Positions 39,213 through 49,052 of a stretch of DNA of 64,000 bases are shown here, in pieces. A model generated the notes under the pieces. The model saw nothing but the letters and a program-made list of their open reading frames with translations. It had not been told where the DNA came from and searched no databases. The stretch covers positions 13,678-77,677 of the IMG/VR virus record IMGVR_UViG_3300037722_000240. One strand, 5' to 3'. The stretch comes from a virus. Its lineage: Duplodnaviria > Caudoviricetes. How positions within the stretch are numbered: the first letter of the stretch is position 1; each line of letters opens with the position of its first letter. The translations under genes were made by a program, and so were the position numbers.

Positions 39213-39856
39213 TATCTAGGCACCTTAGACCAATAGTTTATAAATTCTTCTATTTCTTCAAAGCTATAAAAATGTCTAGCAAATCTAGAGTTGTATACCT
39301 TTTCTAAATAAGATTGTGATATGACTCCATTAGTTTTAGACCACCTATAGTAAGGTGCGGCCTTTCTATGTTGCTCCACAGTTCTATGTATATGAGAAAG
39401 TTTTATATCAATGTTCAAAAATTCTTTTATATACTTGTTTCCTTTATTATTGTAATCTTCGATTCTAAAAACTAGAAGTTTATTATCATATATTGCATAT
39501 TCATTGAATAGTGTATTATAAACATCTATTCCTAAAAACGGTTCAATTTTATTTTCAAACCAGTTTAAACAAATTTCAGGGGGATATTTTGAAATTAATA
39601 AATCAACCAGCCGCTGTGAATCTTTTACAGAATATTGTAAATAGTGTTTATCAAACTTAGTTATATTATGAAAAAAAGCAGACAGGTTTCTAGCTACGGG
39701 GTCCCTAACCGGAGATATATATTTATCATTTGGTGTGGGATTTTTTACCCTATCCAATCTATGAGTATGTCCTGCATCTATTCCCGCATTTATAAGGTCC
39801 CTTTGCACAGAACGAGAACCAACCTTTCCCATTTGATATACTATAATATTAGACAT
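39212..39856 (-). CDS. sulfotransferase-like protein (capsular polysaccharide synthesis/NKWYS-like)
   Basis: QMGKVGSRS PAPS-binding loop, VRDPVARNLSAFF, YxSRFARHFY. Confidence 0.7.
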   Translation of the reverse strand: MSNIIVYQMGKVGSRSVQRDLINAGIDAGHTHRLDRVKNPTPNDKYISPVRDPVARNLSAFFHNITKFDKHYLQYSVKDSQRLVDLLISKYPPEICLNWFENKIEPFLGIDVYNTLFNEYAIYDNKLLVFRIEDYNNKGNKYIKEFLNIDIKLSHIHRTVEQHRKAAPYYRWSKTNGVISQSYLEKVYNSRFARHFYSFEEIEEFINYWSKVPR

Positions 39857-40508
39857 CAAATAAACTCTCATATTTTATTTTAGGAAGTATATCTTCTGAA
39901 AGGGCTGTTTTTTCTGTAGCGTTCCAAAGCTGTCTATGATGAGCATTGTAATATGTTCTAGCTAATCTATATGCTTTTTCTGACATTCTTAAATTTGGAG
40001 GGTCCCATCTTATTCCTTTTCCAAAATACTCTTTATGAAAATGATTAGGGTCATCACCTTCTGAAACTATACCCCTCCCCCTCTTTTTTACAGACCCACT
40101 TTGGTCGTAATAGTGGTCTAGACCAACCACATAAACGGGGTTCATACCCATATAATAGGCTAATTGCATTGCTACAAAAGTAACTGTATGCCCCTGCCAT
40201 ATTGGTTTACTAGCGTCGGGTTGAAATCTTGGAATGTCGGAAGTCCAGTGTAGTCTTTGGGTACCTGGTAAAGAATTAGAAAAAATATCTTTACAACGAA
40301 CTTTAAGAATCTCATTACCAAACTGTTTTTCTACTAAATCGTTGCATACTACAAGATAAGTAATTGGTAGACCTTCTTTTAGATATCCTCTATTCAAAGC
40401 AATTACTACATCGTTTTTCATAAGGGTTACATCTATATCATTTAAACTATTACCATTGGCGATTATAAAGCCCCTTTGTCCCTGATGTTTATTATAATAT
40501 ACTTTCAT
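39849..40508 (-). CDS. DUF115/Maf-like (sialyltransferase-fold) glycosyltransferase
   Basis: IIANGNSL, IALN, AYYMG..PVYVVGLDH, DPNHF..EYFG. Confidence 0.7.
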   Translation of the reverse strand: MKVYYNKHQGQRGFIIANGNSLNDIDVTLMKNDVVIALNRGYLKEGLPITYLVVCNDLVEKQFGNEILKVRCKDIFSNSLPGTQRLHWTSDIPRFQPDASKPIWQGHTVTFVAMQLAYYMGMNPVYVVGLDHYYDQSGSVKKRGRGIVSEGDDPNHFHKEYFGKGIRWDPPNLRMSEKAYRLARTYYNAHHRQLWNATEKTALSEDILPKIKYESLFDV

Positions 40509-41151
40509 AAATCTCCCCTAACAATCTTCTATAATCTGCAAACTCCGCCATGTCATGATAAAATTCCATCTTAAAAGTACTCAGTCCAAACCGTCTTATC
40601 GCTAAGTTTATAGCATCTGTATAACTTAAAGGCTCATTTTTATTCCATAATTTTGCTACATCTAGTGACCACACAAGCGCCCCCCAAGCATCATATACTC
40701 CATCTTTTAATGGTTGTTTATTTAGTACTTCCTTAGATTCATAGTTTATAATCCCAAATCTTTCCGGCATAGTAGTGGAATGAACTCCTAGTTGAAAAGG
40801 GGCATTATTTATACTTCTAAAAGTCCCTAGAGGTATATAGGTATCTGGCATAACAAATAAATTAGTTTCTGTATTCCAAGAAAAAGAGCTTTCTATAGCA
40901 CTATATATATCATTGACTCCGTCTTGAATTTTAAATATTATATCACTATCGCGATATCTAAAATGACTCGCATGTGCAGATATCTTTTCTGGAGTTGTTA
41001 TAATAACTACCCTCTCTGCCCCGCCCACTCGACATGTAAGCACAGCTCTATCTATTAGATGCTCATTATGGCCCGTTGGAAGCAATTCCTTGTAATAGCC
41101 TCCCCATCTTGAACCAGTGCCGGCGGCAGGTATAATCCCTGTTATAGTCAT
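40492..41151 (-). CDS. sugar-phosphate nucleotidyltransferase (RmlA-like)
   Basis: GIIPAAGTGSRW...KELLP; VMPD; RFGII. Confidence 0.85.
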   Translation of the reverse strand: MTITGIIPAAGTGSRWGGYYKELLPTGHNEHLIDRAVLTCRVGGAERVVIITTPEKISAHASHFRYRDSDIIFKIQDGVNDIYSAIESSFSWNTETNLFVMPDTYIPLGTFRSINNAPFQLGVHSTTMPERFGIINYESKEVLNKQPLKDGVYDAWGALVWSLDVAKLWNKNEPLSYTDAINLAIRRFGLSTFKMEFYHDMAEFADYRRLLGEIYESIL

Positions 41152-41738
41152 TGCCTGTATTTCTCCAAAAACCGTTTTCTATTTAATTCTCTAATTTCAG
41201 AATATTTTGAAATATCATATCGAGTTTTTCCTTCAAAATGAGTTATCGGAAACTTTTGCTTCTGAATACTAAAACCCGCATTCTTTACTCTACGGCAGTA
41301 ATCAACATCTTCAAAAGCGGCAACCTCAAACTGCTCATCAAAATATCCTACAGTATTCAAAATTTTTCTAGAAATTAGCATAAGATGGCCTACTGTATAC
41401 CCTCCCCATGCTTTTTGTAAAGTATCTCCATACATTACATCTGGAGAAAGTTGTGTTACTATATTATAAAAAGAATTATTACATAACATGTCATTATTAA
41501 GTATAAGAATCCAGTCAGCATTGGTACATAGTTTAATACCTACATTAATCGCCGCGGCATAAGAACTTAGTGGAATTCTTTTTAGTAAAACACCATCTAT
41601 TTCTGAATAGGGGTTTTCAGAACCATTATCTATTAAGACTATATTACACAAGGGTTCTTTATTTAATAAAGATTGTATAAAAGGCTCTGTATATTGTTTC
41701 CACCGATTTATGCCAATAATTACAGCATATAATTTCAT
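41148..41738 (-). CDS. GT2 family glycosyltransferase
   Basis: LIDNGS, AAAINVG, ILNND, GYFDE.F...FEDVDY. Confidence 0.85.
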   Translation of the reverse strand: MKLYAVIIGINRWKQYTEPFIQSLLNKEPLCNIVLIDNGSENPYSEIDGVLLKRIPLSSYAAAINVGIKLCTNADWILILNNDMLCNNSFYNIVTQLSPDVMYGDTLQKAWGGYTVGHLMLISRKILNTVGYFDEQFEVAAFEDVDYCRRVKNAGFSIQKQKFPITHFEGKTRYDISKYSEIRELNRKRFLEKYRQ

Positions 41739-42604
41739 TTTTTCATCCAGGACTCTATGATTTTTACTTCGTTATCTCTAGTATCAATTTTTAACCCATT
41801 CACCGGGTTTTTTCTAGATTCTTTACCCGGTTCCCCGCCCCATTTTTGAACATAGAATTTCTTATTTAAGGGAAAATATTTATCATTTGTTTTCTTCATA
41901 CCCGCTTCATGTATAGTCCTACTCCAAAAATGAAAATAGGGGGAGTTTCTAGTCCTGACCAACTTAGCTCCAGATAATTGTGCTCGCCTAGCATAATCAT
42001 TATCTTCGTAGTATGCCGGATAAAAATTAACATCTACGTATCCTATCTTGTCAAATATAGACCTTTTGAATAAGCATAGATTATGGCTGTCGCCTATTAT
42101 TCCATAATTTCCCAAATCAGCTAACTCTCCGGTCATAGGAGGCTCGGCTTCTTTCCATACATAAAAATTTTCGTCTATTAAATTAAAATTTCCATCAAAT
42201 TTATTTCGATACTGTGGAAATTTTCTAACAAATTTTCTTGGGGTTAGAACGGCTACCCCACTAATCCACTCATATTCCGTAGAGTTAGCCACGAGTACCA
42301 AATTGTCAATAGAACCGGGAAACGCCATAACATCATTTCCCATAATTATAACATTAGCATTAGGATTTTCATTCCAAGCTATATCGTATAAGTCATTAAT
42401 AGCACTAGGAAACCCCCAGTTTTTTTGACGTTGTTTACAGTATATTCCCTGAGAGTTGCACCACTCTTTAGTACCGTCTCCTTGATTATCAGAAATAACT
42501 AGAAGCTTGAATGGAGTTGTAGTACCATCTATTATGGATTTTATAGCCAATTTTGTATATTTTAGATTCCCATATGTAGCTACTCCAATATATAAATCTA
42601 CCAT
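41735..42604 (-). CDS. GT2 family glycosyltransferase
   Basis: VATYG, NWGF..AIN, MGND, IGYVDVNFYPAYYEDND. Confidence 0.85.
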   Translation of the reverse strand: MVDLYIGVATYGNLKYTKLAIKSIIDGTTTPFKLLVISDNQGDGTKEWCNSQGIYCKQRQKNWGFPSAINDLYDIAWNENPNANVIIMGNDVMAFPGSIDNLVLVANSTEYEWISGVAVLTPRKFVRKFPQYRNKFDGNFNLIDENFYVWKEAEPPMTGELADLGNYGIIGDSHNLCLFKRSIFDKIGYVDVNFYPAYYEDNDYARRAQLSGAKLVRTRNSPYFHFWSRTIHEAGMKKTNDKYFPLNKKFYVQKWGGEPGKESRKNPVNGLKIDTRDNEVKIIESWMKK

Positions 42605-43266
42605 TAGGGCACCACTACATTCTCTAAATTCTTATTATCTGTTTCGTAAAGAGTTGAAAGTTTTACATCAAACTTTTCTCCACATCTTTCGCAAGTACAA
42701 TGAAGAATATTATGAGCATCCGGATAGTTTAACCAAACAGTAGATAATAGCATTTTACATTCAGGACAAAAGATATAAAGCATTCTTTCTTTATAAAATA
42801 TTCTGGCCTTTTCTCTCAAATCTTCAATGGCATTAACTACGCTTGCTTCTTTACTCATTTTTCTAATTTTTCTAGTAAGTTGAAGGTCCCCTGAAATATC
42901 CGAAATATTTTTTACTAGTCTAGTTTGAATACCACTAATCTTGTCTAGTACTTGAACTATAACAGGGTCGTCTGCATCCTTTCTTAAAGCAAAAGCAGTT
43001 AGGTCGAGTTCCTCTAACTGTAGTTGAGAAAGTAGAAGGCTACGAAGTTGTGATAAATCGTTCGCCTTCATATCCGTTAAATCGTAGTCCTTGCCTAACT
43101 CTTCTAATTTTTCATCTAGTTTTTCTTTTAGCCTTTCTGGAGATATTTCATATTCATCGGTAGCAATGTCCAAAGCGGCTTCAAATTCTTCATCAGACAT
43201 GTCTCGATACTGAACTAGATTTCTAAGCTTCGCTTTATTCGGAAGCGTCATTCTTTCTTTTCCCAT
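42604..43266 (-). CDS. terminase small subunit candidate with C-terminal Zn finger
   Basis: helical core resembling P27-type TerS; CPEC...CERC; upstream of TerL. Confidence 0.45.
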   Translation of the reverse strand: MGKERMTLPNKAKLRNLVQYRDMSDEEFEAALDIATDEYEISPERLKEKLDEKLEELGKDYDLTDMKANDLSQLRSLLLSQLQLEELDLTAFALRKDADDPVIVQVLDKISGIQTRLVKNISDISGDLQLTRKIRKMSKEASVVNAIEDLREKARIFYKERMLYIFCPECKMLLSTVWLNYPDAHNILHCTCERCGEKFDVKLSTLYETDNKNLENVVVP

Positions 43267-43274
43267 TATACTCC

Positions 43275-43463
43275 CTATATATTACAACTTGACCACCCAC
43301 AATTGGGGCAAGTTTTACAACGTCCATTGATTATCATTTCTTCTTCACAATCGGGGCAGGGGTTCCATTTTTCTTTCTTAATTTCTACTTTAATAAAAGC
43401 ACTGTCAATACTGGCGTATGCAACAATGCCTCCCTCATCGGCGGGGGCAAAACTGAGTTCCAT
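43275..43463 (-). CDS. small Zn-finger protein
   Basis: CPDC...CKTCPNCGWSSC; AAGGAGG RBS. Confidence 0.7.
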   Translation of the reverse strand: MELSFAPADEGGIVAYASIDSAFIKVEIKKEKWNPCPDCEEEMIINGRCKTCPNCGWSSCNI

Positions 43464-43476
43464 ATTTCCTCCTTAA

Positions 43477-43507
43477 ATTATAGCACTTATGCATATTTTT
43501 TGCATAA
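43477..43507 (-). promoter_or_regulatory. extended -10 promoter with adjacent palindromic operator
   Basis: TGCTATAAT at 43477-43485; TTATGCA-N7-TGCATAA at 43487-43507. Confidence 0.55.
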
Positions 43508-43519
43508 ATCTGTAGGTTT

Positions 43520-43702
43520 TTACTCATTTAGTAGTAATAAATTAGGGTTCTTTCTTGCTTTCTTTGTACATTCGCCTTTATGAAGAAATATACTTTCAGT
43601 TCTTAAAGGCAAGGTATAATAGTCTTTAAATTCTATTTTCTTTTTACACACAGGACATATATGAGTATGCCTGTGGTCCCACATTTTCAATTTTCTAGTC
43701 AC
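43520..43702 (-). CDS. small Zn-binding protein
   Basis: CPVC...H..C. Confidence 0.55.
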   Translation of the reverse strand: MTRKLKMWDHRHTHICPVCKKKIEFKDYYTLPLRTESIFLHKGECTKKARKNPNLLLLNE

Positions 43703-43916
43703 TCTGGCCCGCTCTTACGTACTTAAGAACAGTTCTAGAAAGTCTTTCAGTTAATAACTTTCTATCTCCACTAGCAATATAATTTACCAATCTATTTAAA
43801 TCTTCTCTTAGAAATGGCACCATTATAACGTCATGCTCGTTCTCACACTCCCTTGCTTTTTCAACATCTTTGTAATATTTCTGACAATAAAAGCAAGTAT
43901 GTTTATTCTCCAACAT
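43695..43916 (-). CDS. small C2HC Zn-finger protein
   Basis: CFYC...ECENEH. Confidence 0.65.
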   Translation of the reverse strand: MLENKHTCFYCQKYYKDVEKARECENEHDVIMVPFLREDLNRLVNYIASGDRKLLTERLSRTVLKYVRAGQSD

Positions 43917-44907
43917 AATGTTCTAATCTCCTCTTAGCTACCTGTAAACTTTTATTCTCGATTTCCACTCCGGTAACGTGGTCCCATCCTGCCAATAGGC
44001 ATCCTATCATTTCTGAACCAGTACCAGAAAAAGGAACAAAGAGTCTTCTAGGAGCATAGGCTCCCGGTGGCAAAATAAGACTTGATAAGTACCTTATCAA
44101 ATCAATTGGTTTAATAGTAGGATGTGGGTTCTTTTCGTTTAATCCGGCGTTCTTTTCTTTTACAGTAGGTTTCATCTGATAAAAGAAATCATCAAAAGGT
44201 AAATCAAAACCGTCTGTACCTATCAAATTAGCAGGCCACCTTCCCTTGGTATTGATTTTCTGTATATACTTTGGTCGAATCTTTTCTCCAAATCCAGACC
44301 ACTCCTCTAAAACATTTATAGGTACCGGTTCCCCTGCAACACGGCCAGCACCAATATTCCAAACACCCGCTCCAGTTTTTTCAATAGCATCCCACATTTT
44401 ACCGGGGTACGCTTTTTGAAAAACACATATGGGTTCAATAGAGCCCTTTAACACGTTTCTGTTATAATAAAAATCGTCCCAACCATCTTCTTTCACTTTG
44501 GTTGGGTGAGGAAATCCCTGACTATTTATCCAAGCTATCAAGGGGTAAATAATAAAACCGGCCTCTTCAATAGCTGAGGCCATTCTATGATAATTTCTAG
44601 AGTGACTAAACGCCATTCCTATAGCACCATCATGCATTAATTCTCCGAACACTTTCCAAGTGTCGGAATAAAAGGCTATATCCGTGTCCCATTCTACTCC
44701 AAGAAATCCACTCGCTAATCTTGCTAAACCATCTGAGCGATTTCTAATCCTATCCGCTACAATCCCCTCTGAATCTTTATTCATATTTCCATAACGCTTT
44801 TGAACAGTATCTAAAAAGTAGGGTGGGTCACAAATAAGAGCGTGAAACTTTGGGCCATCATATTCCTTAGCCCATTCTACAACATCGGTATTATATAAGT
44901 GATACAT
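43903..44907 (-). CDS. N6/N4 DNA methyltransferase (beta class)
   Basis: DPPY near the N-terminus; HPTIKP; PFSGTGS near the C-terminus. Confidence 0.9.
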   Translation of the reverse strand: MYHLYNTDVVEWAKEYDGPKFHALICDPPYFLDTVQKRYGNMNKDSEGIVADRIRNRSDGLARLASGFLGVEWDTDIAFYSDTWKVFGELMHDGAIGMAFSHSRNYHRMASAIEEAGFIIYPLIAWINSQGFPHPTKVKEDGWDDFYYNRNVLKGSIEPICVFQKAYPGKMWDAIEKTGAGVWNIGAGRVAGEPVPINVLEEWSGFGEKIRPKYIQKINTKGRWPANLIGTDGFDLPFDDFFYQMKPTVKEKNAGLNEKNPHPTIKPIDLIRYLSSLILPPGAYAPRRLFVPFSGTGSEMIGCLLAGWDHVTGVEIENKSLQVAKRRLEHYVGE

Positions 44908-45097
44908 AATATGTAATAAAAAAAAGATATGCTATTTCTAAACTAAACCCTGTAATAAATACCAACATTTCATTTTCTACAAATATATCTCCTATATACC
45001 ACGCCAATCCAAGAGGCCAAAATAATATCAACACCAAAATAATCAATGGCAAAGTTAATATGACATAAAAACTTGTTATAACTTTTTGTATATTCAT
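44891..45097 (-). CDS. small membrane protein
   Basis: two hydrophobic helices. Confidence 0.6.
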   Translation of the reverse strand: MNIQKVITSFYVILTLPLIILVLILFWPLGLAWYIGDIFVENEMLVFITGFSLEIAYLFFITYYVSLI

Positions 45098-45132
45098 TAC
45101 CGTACTCCTTATTATACTACAACAGGGTGTCC

Positions 45133-45345
45133 TTATGACGGTTCCTCTAGGTTTTCACTATTGACAATGACATCGAAATCGTTTATAATATCGTCTATGT
45201 AGTCAAGAAGCAGGTGGTGGTTTTCGATTTCGGGCAAGTTTATACCAGGAGCCACTTCCATTACCGATAGCATAGTTTCATGGTGCCTCTTGCGGCTAGT
45301 CAGGTAAGCTTTAAATAGTACTAGTCTTTTTCTAATATCATCCAT
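45133..45345 (-). CDS. hypothetical protein
   Basis: AAGGAGG RBS; first gene after the leftward promoter. Confidence 0.7.
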   Translation of the reverse strand: MDDIRKRLVLFKAYLTSRKRHHETMLSVMEVAPGINLPEIENHHLLLDYIDDIINDFDVIVNSENLEEPS

Positions 45346-45385
45346 GTATGAACCCTCCTTTGATTTGCTACACAGGGATTTCCCT

Positions 45386-45414
45386 ATTATAGCATATATT
45401 CATTAATTTGTCAA
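45386..45414 (-). promoter_or_regulatory. consensus sigma70 promoter (leftward)
   Basis: TTGACA (45414-45409)-17bp-TATAAT (45391-45386). Confidence 0.85.
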
Positions 45415-45428
45415 GAGGGAGTTGGTAC

Positions 45429-45457
45429 TTGACAGATGAGCGGTTTTATGGTATAAT
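45429..45457 (+). promoter_or_regulatory. consensus sigma70 promoter (rightward, replication operon)
   Basis: TTGACA-17bp-TGnTATAAT. Confidence 0.85.
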
Positions 45458-45553
45458 AGGACTACTGTCCTGAGAGGAAGGTTAAGTTAATTAATAGTTA
45501 ATAATATATAATAGTTAAAAATAACTTTAATAATTAAAGTCTAAGGAGGTTAA

Positions 45554-47506
45554 ATGAGATTAATTAAGGACCTTGGTTCGGAAAATATGAAAGTTCTTAT
45601 TTCACGCTTACAGAACGAAGATATTATAGGATTCGATGTTGAAGCGTCATCACTAGATGTATATGAATCGGTTCTGCTTTTGATACAAATTAGTTTTAAG
45701 GATAGAGAAACCTTTGTTATTAACGTAGGTAAGGCAGACCCCAAGATTATAAGATATGTATTAGAGCTAATACATGATAGAAATATTTTAACTATAGGTC
45801 ACAATTTTAAATTTGATGCTAAAATGATTTATCATCATTTTGGAATACTATTTAAAAATCCATTTGATACTATGCTAACAGAAACTTTAACAAAGCCGGG
45901 TGTATCTATGTTGTATCCATCATTAGATGACCTGTTAGAGAAGTATTTTAACATTAGAAAAGACATGAATATTAGACATACTTTTTATGGTAAAACGGAT
46001 TTTGATTTTACACCCGACCAATATAACTACGCTTCTAGGGACGTAGAATTTCTTATTCCAATGGCAGAAATTCAGGGAAATTTAATTGACAGAATAGATA
46101 TGCAAAAAGTTTGGAAAATGGAAATGAATTTGATACCTGTTATTGCTATGATGGAGTATCAGGGAATTTCTTTTGACCAAAAAAGTTGGATGGCTTTAGC
46201 AAAGATAGCCGAACAAAAAAGTCAAGAATATGAAAGTAAAACGCTTGTCTATATGGCGGACAATTTTCATAAAATAGCTCCTAATACTAATAACGCTCTA
46301 GAAGCTATAGATTCTCTGAGTATAAGAGAGGACCTTGCTGGTGGAAAATTTACTGCAAAGTTTAGAAGAAAACAATACGAGCAGATAACTCCTAGAGAAG
46401 AGATTGTAGCAACAGTAATTCCTCTTATAAATATGGCAAGTCCTAAACAAGTGGTTAATATTCTTAATAAGTTAGGGATTTCTACAAAATCATCATCAGA
46501 AAAAGAGCTTCAAAGATTTAGGGGTAATGAGTTTGTTGACCTGTTGTTAAATTATAGGGGGTATTTCAAAAAGAGCACTGCTTTTGGTGAAGAGTTTCTA
46601 AAATATGTAAACCCTATAACCAGTAAAATACATACTGATTATAGTCAGTTAGGGGCAGTTACAGGAAGGTGGGCCAGTAGTAATCCTAATATGCAACAAA
46701 TTATAGCGGATTTTTTATATAGAGCTTGTTTTATAGCACTACCTTCATACAAGCTAGTTACTTTAGACTACTCACAAATAGAGCTAAGATTGATGGCTGA
46801 AACTAGTGGGGAATCTTTGATGATAGACGCCTTCAATAATGGCGTAGACCTTCATGCTTTAACAGCATCCCTTGTTTTTGATATACCATTAGAGAAGGTT
46901 ACAGATGAAAAGAGGCAAGTTGGAAAAACTTTGAACTTCGCTGTTATCTATGGAACTACCGAGTACGGGTTGAATTATAACTTTGGATGGTCATTAGAAC
47001 AAGGCAAGGAATACTTGGATAAATTCTTTTCTCAATACAAAACGTTATCTAGATTTTTAGCTGTTATGGGCAGTGAAATTATTAAAAGAGGGTATAGTAC
47101 AACTCATTATGGTAGACGAAGATACTTAACTTATCCTAAGTCCCCTGTAGGGATTTTTCCTTGGCTTTATAACAAGAAAATTTCTAAAGCCAAAAGACAG
47201 GGTATCAATCAAATAATTCAAGGGGACGCGGCCGAAATTCTAAAACTGGCTATGCTAGATATGTTCCATGATAATCCCTTTGGTTGGGAAAAGTTTAGAA
47301 TGTTATTACAAGTACATGACGAACTTGTTCTAGAAGTACATGATAGTTTAGTTGAAACATATTATGAAGATGGGGAAGAAAAATTCAGGCTTAACGCAGA
47401 TGCTAAAACATTTGTTGATAAATGTATGCTAAAGCCTGCTAACTATTTTTTGAACAGAGTACCTATTGAATATAACTCAAAGGTAGATAAAGTATGGATA
47501 AAATAG
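45554..47506 (+). CDS. polA: family A DNA polymerase (3'-5' exonuclease plus polymerase, no 5' nuclease)
   Basis: GFDVE, HNFKFD, DYSQIELR, KTLNFAVIYG, QVHDE. Confidence 0.95.
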   Translation: MRLIKDLGSENMKVLISRLQNEDIIGFDVEASSLDVYESVLLLIQISFKDRETFVINVGKADPKIIRYVLELIHDRNILTIGHNFKFDAKMIYHHFGILFKNPFDTMLTETLTKPGVSMLYPSLDDLLEKYFNIRKDMNIRHTFYGKTDFDFTPDQYNYASRDVEFLIPMAEIQGNLIDRIDMQKVWKMEMNLIPVIAMMEYQGISFDQKSWMALAKIAEQKSQEYESKTLVYMADNFHKIAPNTNNALEAIDSLSIREDLAGGKFTAKFRRKQYEQITPREEIVATVIPLINMASPKQVVNILNKLGISTKSSSEKELQRFRGNEFVDLLLNYRGYFKKSTAFGEEFLKYVNPITSKIHTDYSQLGAVTGRWASSNPNMQQIIADFLYRACFIALPSYKLVTLDYSQIELRLMAETSGESLMIDAFNNGVDLHALTASLVFDIPLEKVTDEKRQVGKTLNFAVIYGTTEYGLNYNFGWSLEQGKEYLDKFFSQYKTLSRFLAVMGSEIIKRGYSTTHYGRRRYLTYPKSPVGIFPWLYNKKISKAKRQGINQIIQGDAAEILKLAMLDMFHDNPFGWEKFRMLLQVHDELVLEVHDSLVETYYEDGEEKFRLNADAKTFVDKCMLKPANYFLNRVPIEYNSKVDKVWIK

Positions 47507-47991
47507 ATACGACTAATCCTCCCTACATGGCGTGTGGTCATAGAGCTAATAGTTTAGGCAAAAAGGCGGGGGATAATGAACTAGGATGGGCATGTGTTAT
47601 ATGTAGTTGTTTTGATGTTATTGAGAAACCACATTTAGAAGGACGCAGAGCAAGATGCACTTCTTATGGCAGACCGTGGGGGCGGGATTTTCATTGTATA
47701 TATATAAATGACAAAAGAACAGATGTAAATTCTTGTAGAAGCAAGGAAACAATTTGTAATTGTGAAAGACCTTCTGATGAGTTTTTGCCCTTCTTTGAGT
47801 ACAGAGGAAAGGGCTCAAAATACGCTAAGCAACATTGTGCTAATTGTAGATATGTGGAAATAGCACACATAAAGAAACAGAAAGAATTTTTTGTACCAAA
47901 ACATTCGAGTAAAATTTGTGATAATTTTACTCCTGTTGGACCTCAAGAATTTGACGCATTTTATTGTGGATGTTCCGTTGGATGGGACTAG
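47494..47991 (+). CDS. Cys-rich hypothetical protein
   Basis: multiple CxxC/CxC motifs. Confidence 0.7.
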   Translation: MDKIDTTNPPYMACGHRANSLGKKAGDNELGWACVICSCFDVIEKPHLEGRRARCTSYGRPWGRDFHCIYINDKRTDVNSCRSKETICNCERPSDEFLPFFEYRGKGSKYAKQHCANCRYVEIAHIKKQKEFFVPKHSSKICDNFTPVGPQEFDAFYCGCSVGWD

Positions 47992-47999
47992 GAGAATAA

Positions 48000-49052
48000 A
48001 TGGCAAAGAAAGAATATAAAAGTTTTGATGAAATGGTTATAGAAGAGTTTGGTGAGGATTTTTTATTGAAAGATGAAAGTGAAGAAGTTTTATCTATTTC
48101 TACAGGTGCCTTGTCTATTGATGTATCCACAGGTATAGGGGGAATTCCTTTGGGAAGAGTTACTGAAATATTTGGACCTGAGTCTGGAGGTAAGACAACT
48201 CTTTCTTTAGGTATAGTTAAGAACGCTATGAAGCAAGGATTAAATTGTTTATATGTGGATACAGAAAATAGTTTGGATTTAGCATACGTTAGGGATATTT
48301 TGGGAGAAAATTATGATGAAAGCCTACTTACTATAGTTCAACCTGAATCAGCAGAAAGCGCCTTTAAGTTAACCGAGGCCGGCATTAATAGTGGTTTTAG
48401 AGTTATAGTTTTTGATTCTATAGCATCATTATCCCCCGACGAGGAGTTGGAAAAACCCTTTGACAAAGCAACAATGATGCTGTCTCCTAGATTGATTTCT
48501 AAATTTCTTAGAAGAAATATATTCTCTATCAATAAAAAGAAAATAGTTTTTATTTTTACTAACCAAGTAAGAGCAAAAATAGGGGATTTTTTTGGGGGCT
48601 ATACCACTCCGGGGGGTCACGCATTAAGACATTATATATCCCTAAAAATTTATATTTCAAAAGGTAAAGCTATTAAAGACGGTACAGCAAAAGATGCGGA
48701 ACAGATTGGAAACTTTGTAAATTTTACTATTCAGAAGAATAAAGTTGGAAAACCCTATAGACAGGCTACTACAAATCTATACTATGGAAAGGGCATTGAT
48801 TTTGAGGTAGATGTAATATCGTTTGGTTCTTTACTAGGGGTTATTAAGAACAGGGGCTCCTATTTCGGGTTTGAGGATGATACTATTGGTTCCAGCCCCG
48901 GTATTCTGAATACGGCCCAGTATCTAAAAGAAAACCCTGAACTACTTGACAGAATAGTAGATTTGTGCTATAATGTAGTAGATTCGGAAAGGAACCACTT
49001 TATTTCAAAGGAGGCGGTTGCCAATGACGACGGTGATGTTGAAGAAAGATAA
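48000..49052 (+). CDS. recA: RecA-like recombinase
   Basis: GGIPLGRVTEIFGPESGGKTT, IVFDSIA, FTNQVR, TPGGHAL. Confidence 0.95.
   Translation: MAKKEYKSFDEMVIEEFGEDFLLKDESEEVLSISTGALSIDVSTGIGGIPLGRVTEIFGPESGGKTTLSLGIVKNAMKQGLNCLYVDTENSLDLAYVRDILGENYDESLLTIVQPESAESAFKLTEAGINSGFRVIVFDSIASLSPDEELEKPFDKATMMLSPRLISKFLRRNIFSINKKKIVFIFTNQVRAKIGDFFGGYTTPGGHALRHYISLKIYISKGKAIKDGTAKDAEQIGNFVNFTIQKNKVGKPYRQATTNLYYGKGIDFEVDVISFGSLLGVIKNRGSYFGFEDDTIGSSPGILNTAQYLKENPELLDRIVDLCYNVVDSERNHFISKEAVANDDGDVEER
48946..48974 (+). promoter_or_regulatory. consensus sigma70 promoter inside the recA 3' end
   Basis: TTGACA-17bp-TGCTATAAT. Confidence 0.7.
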
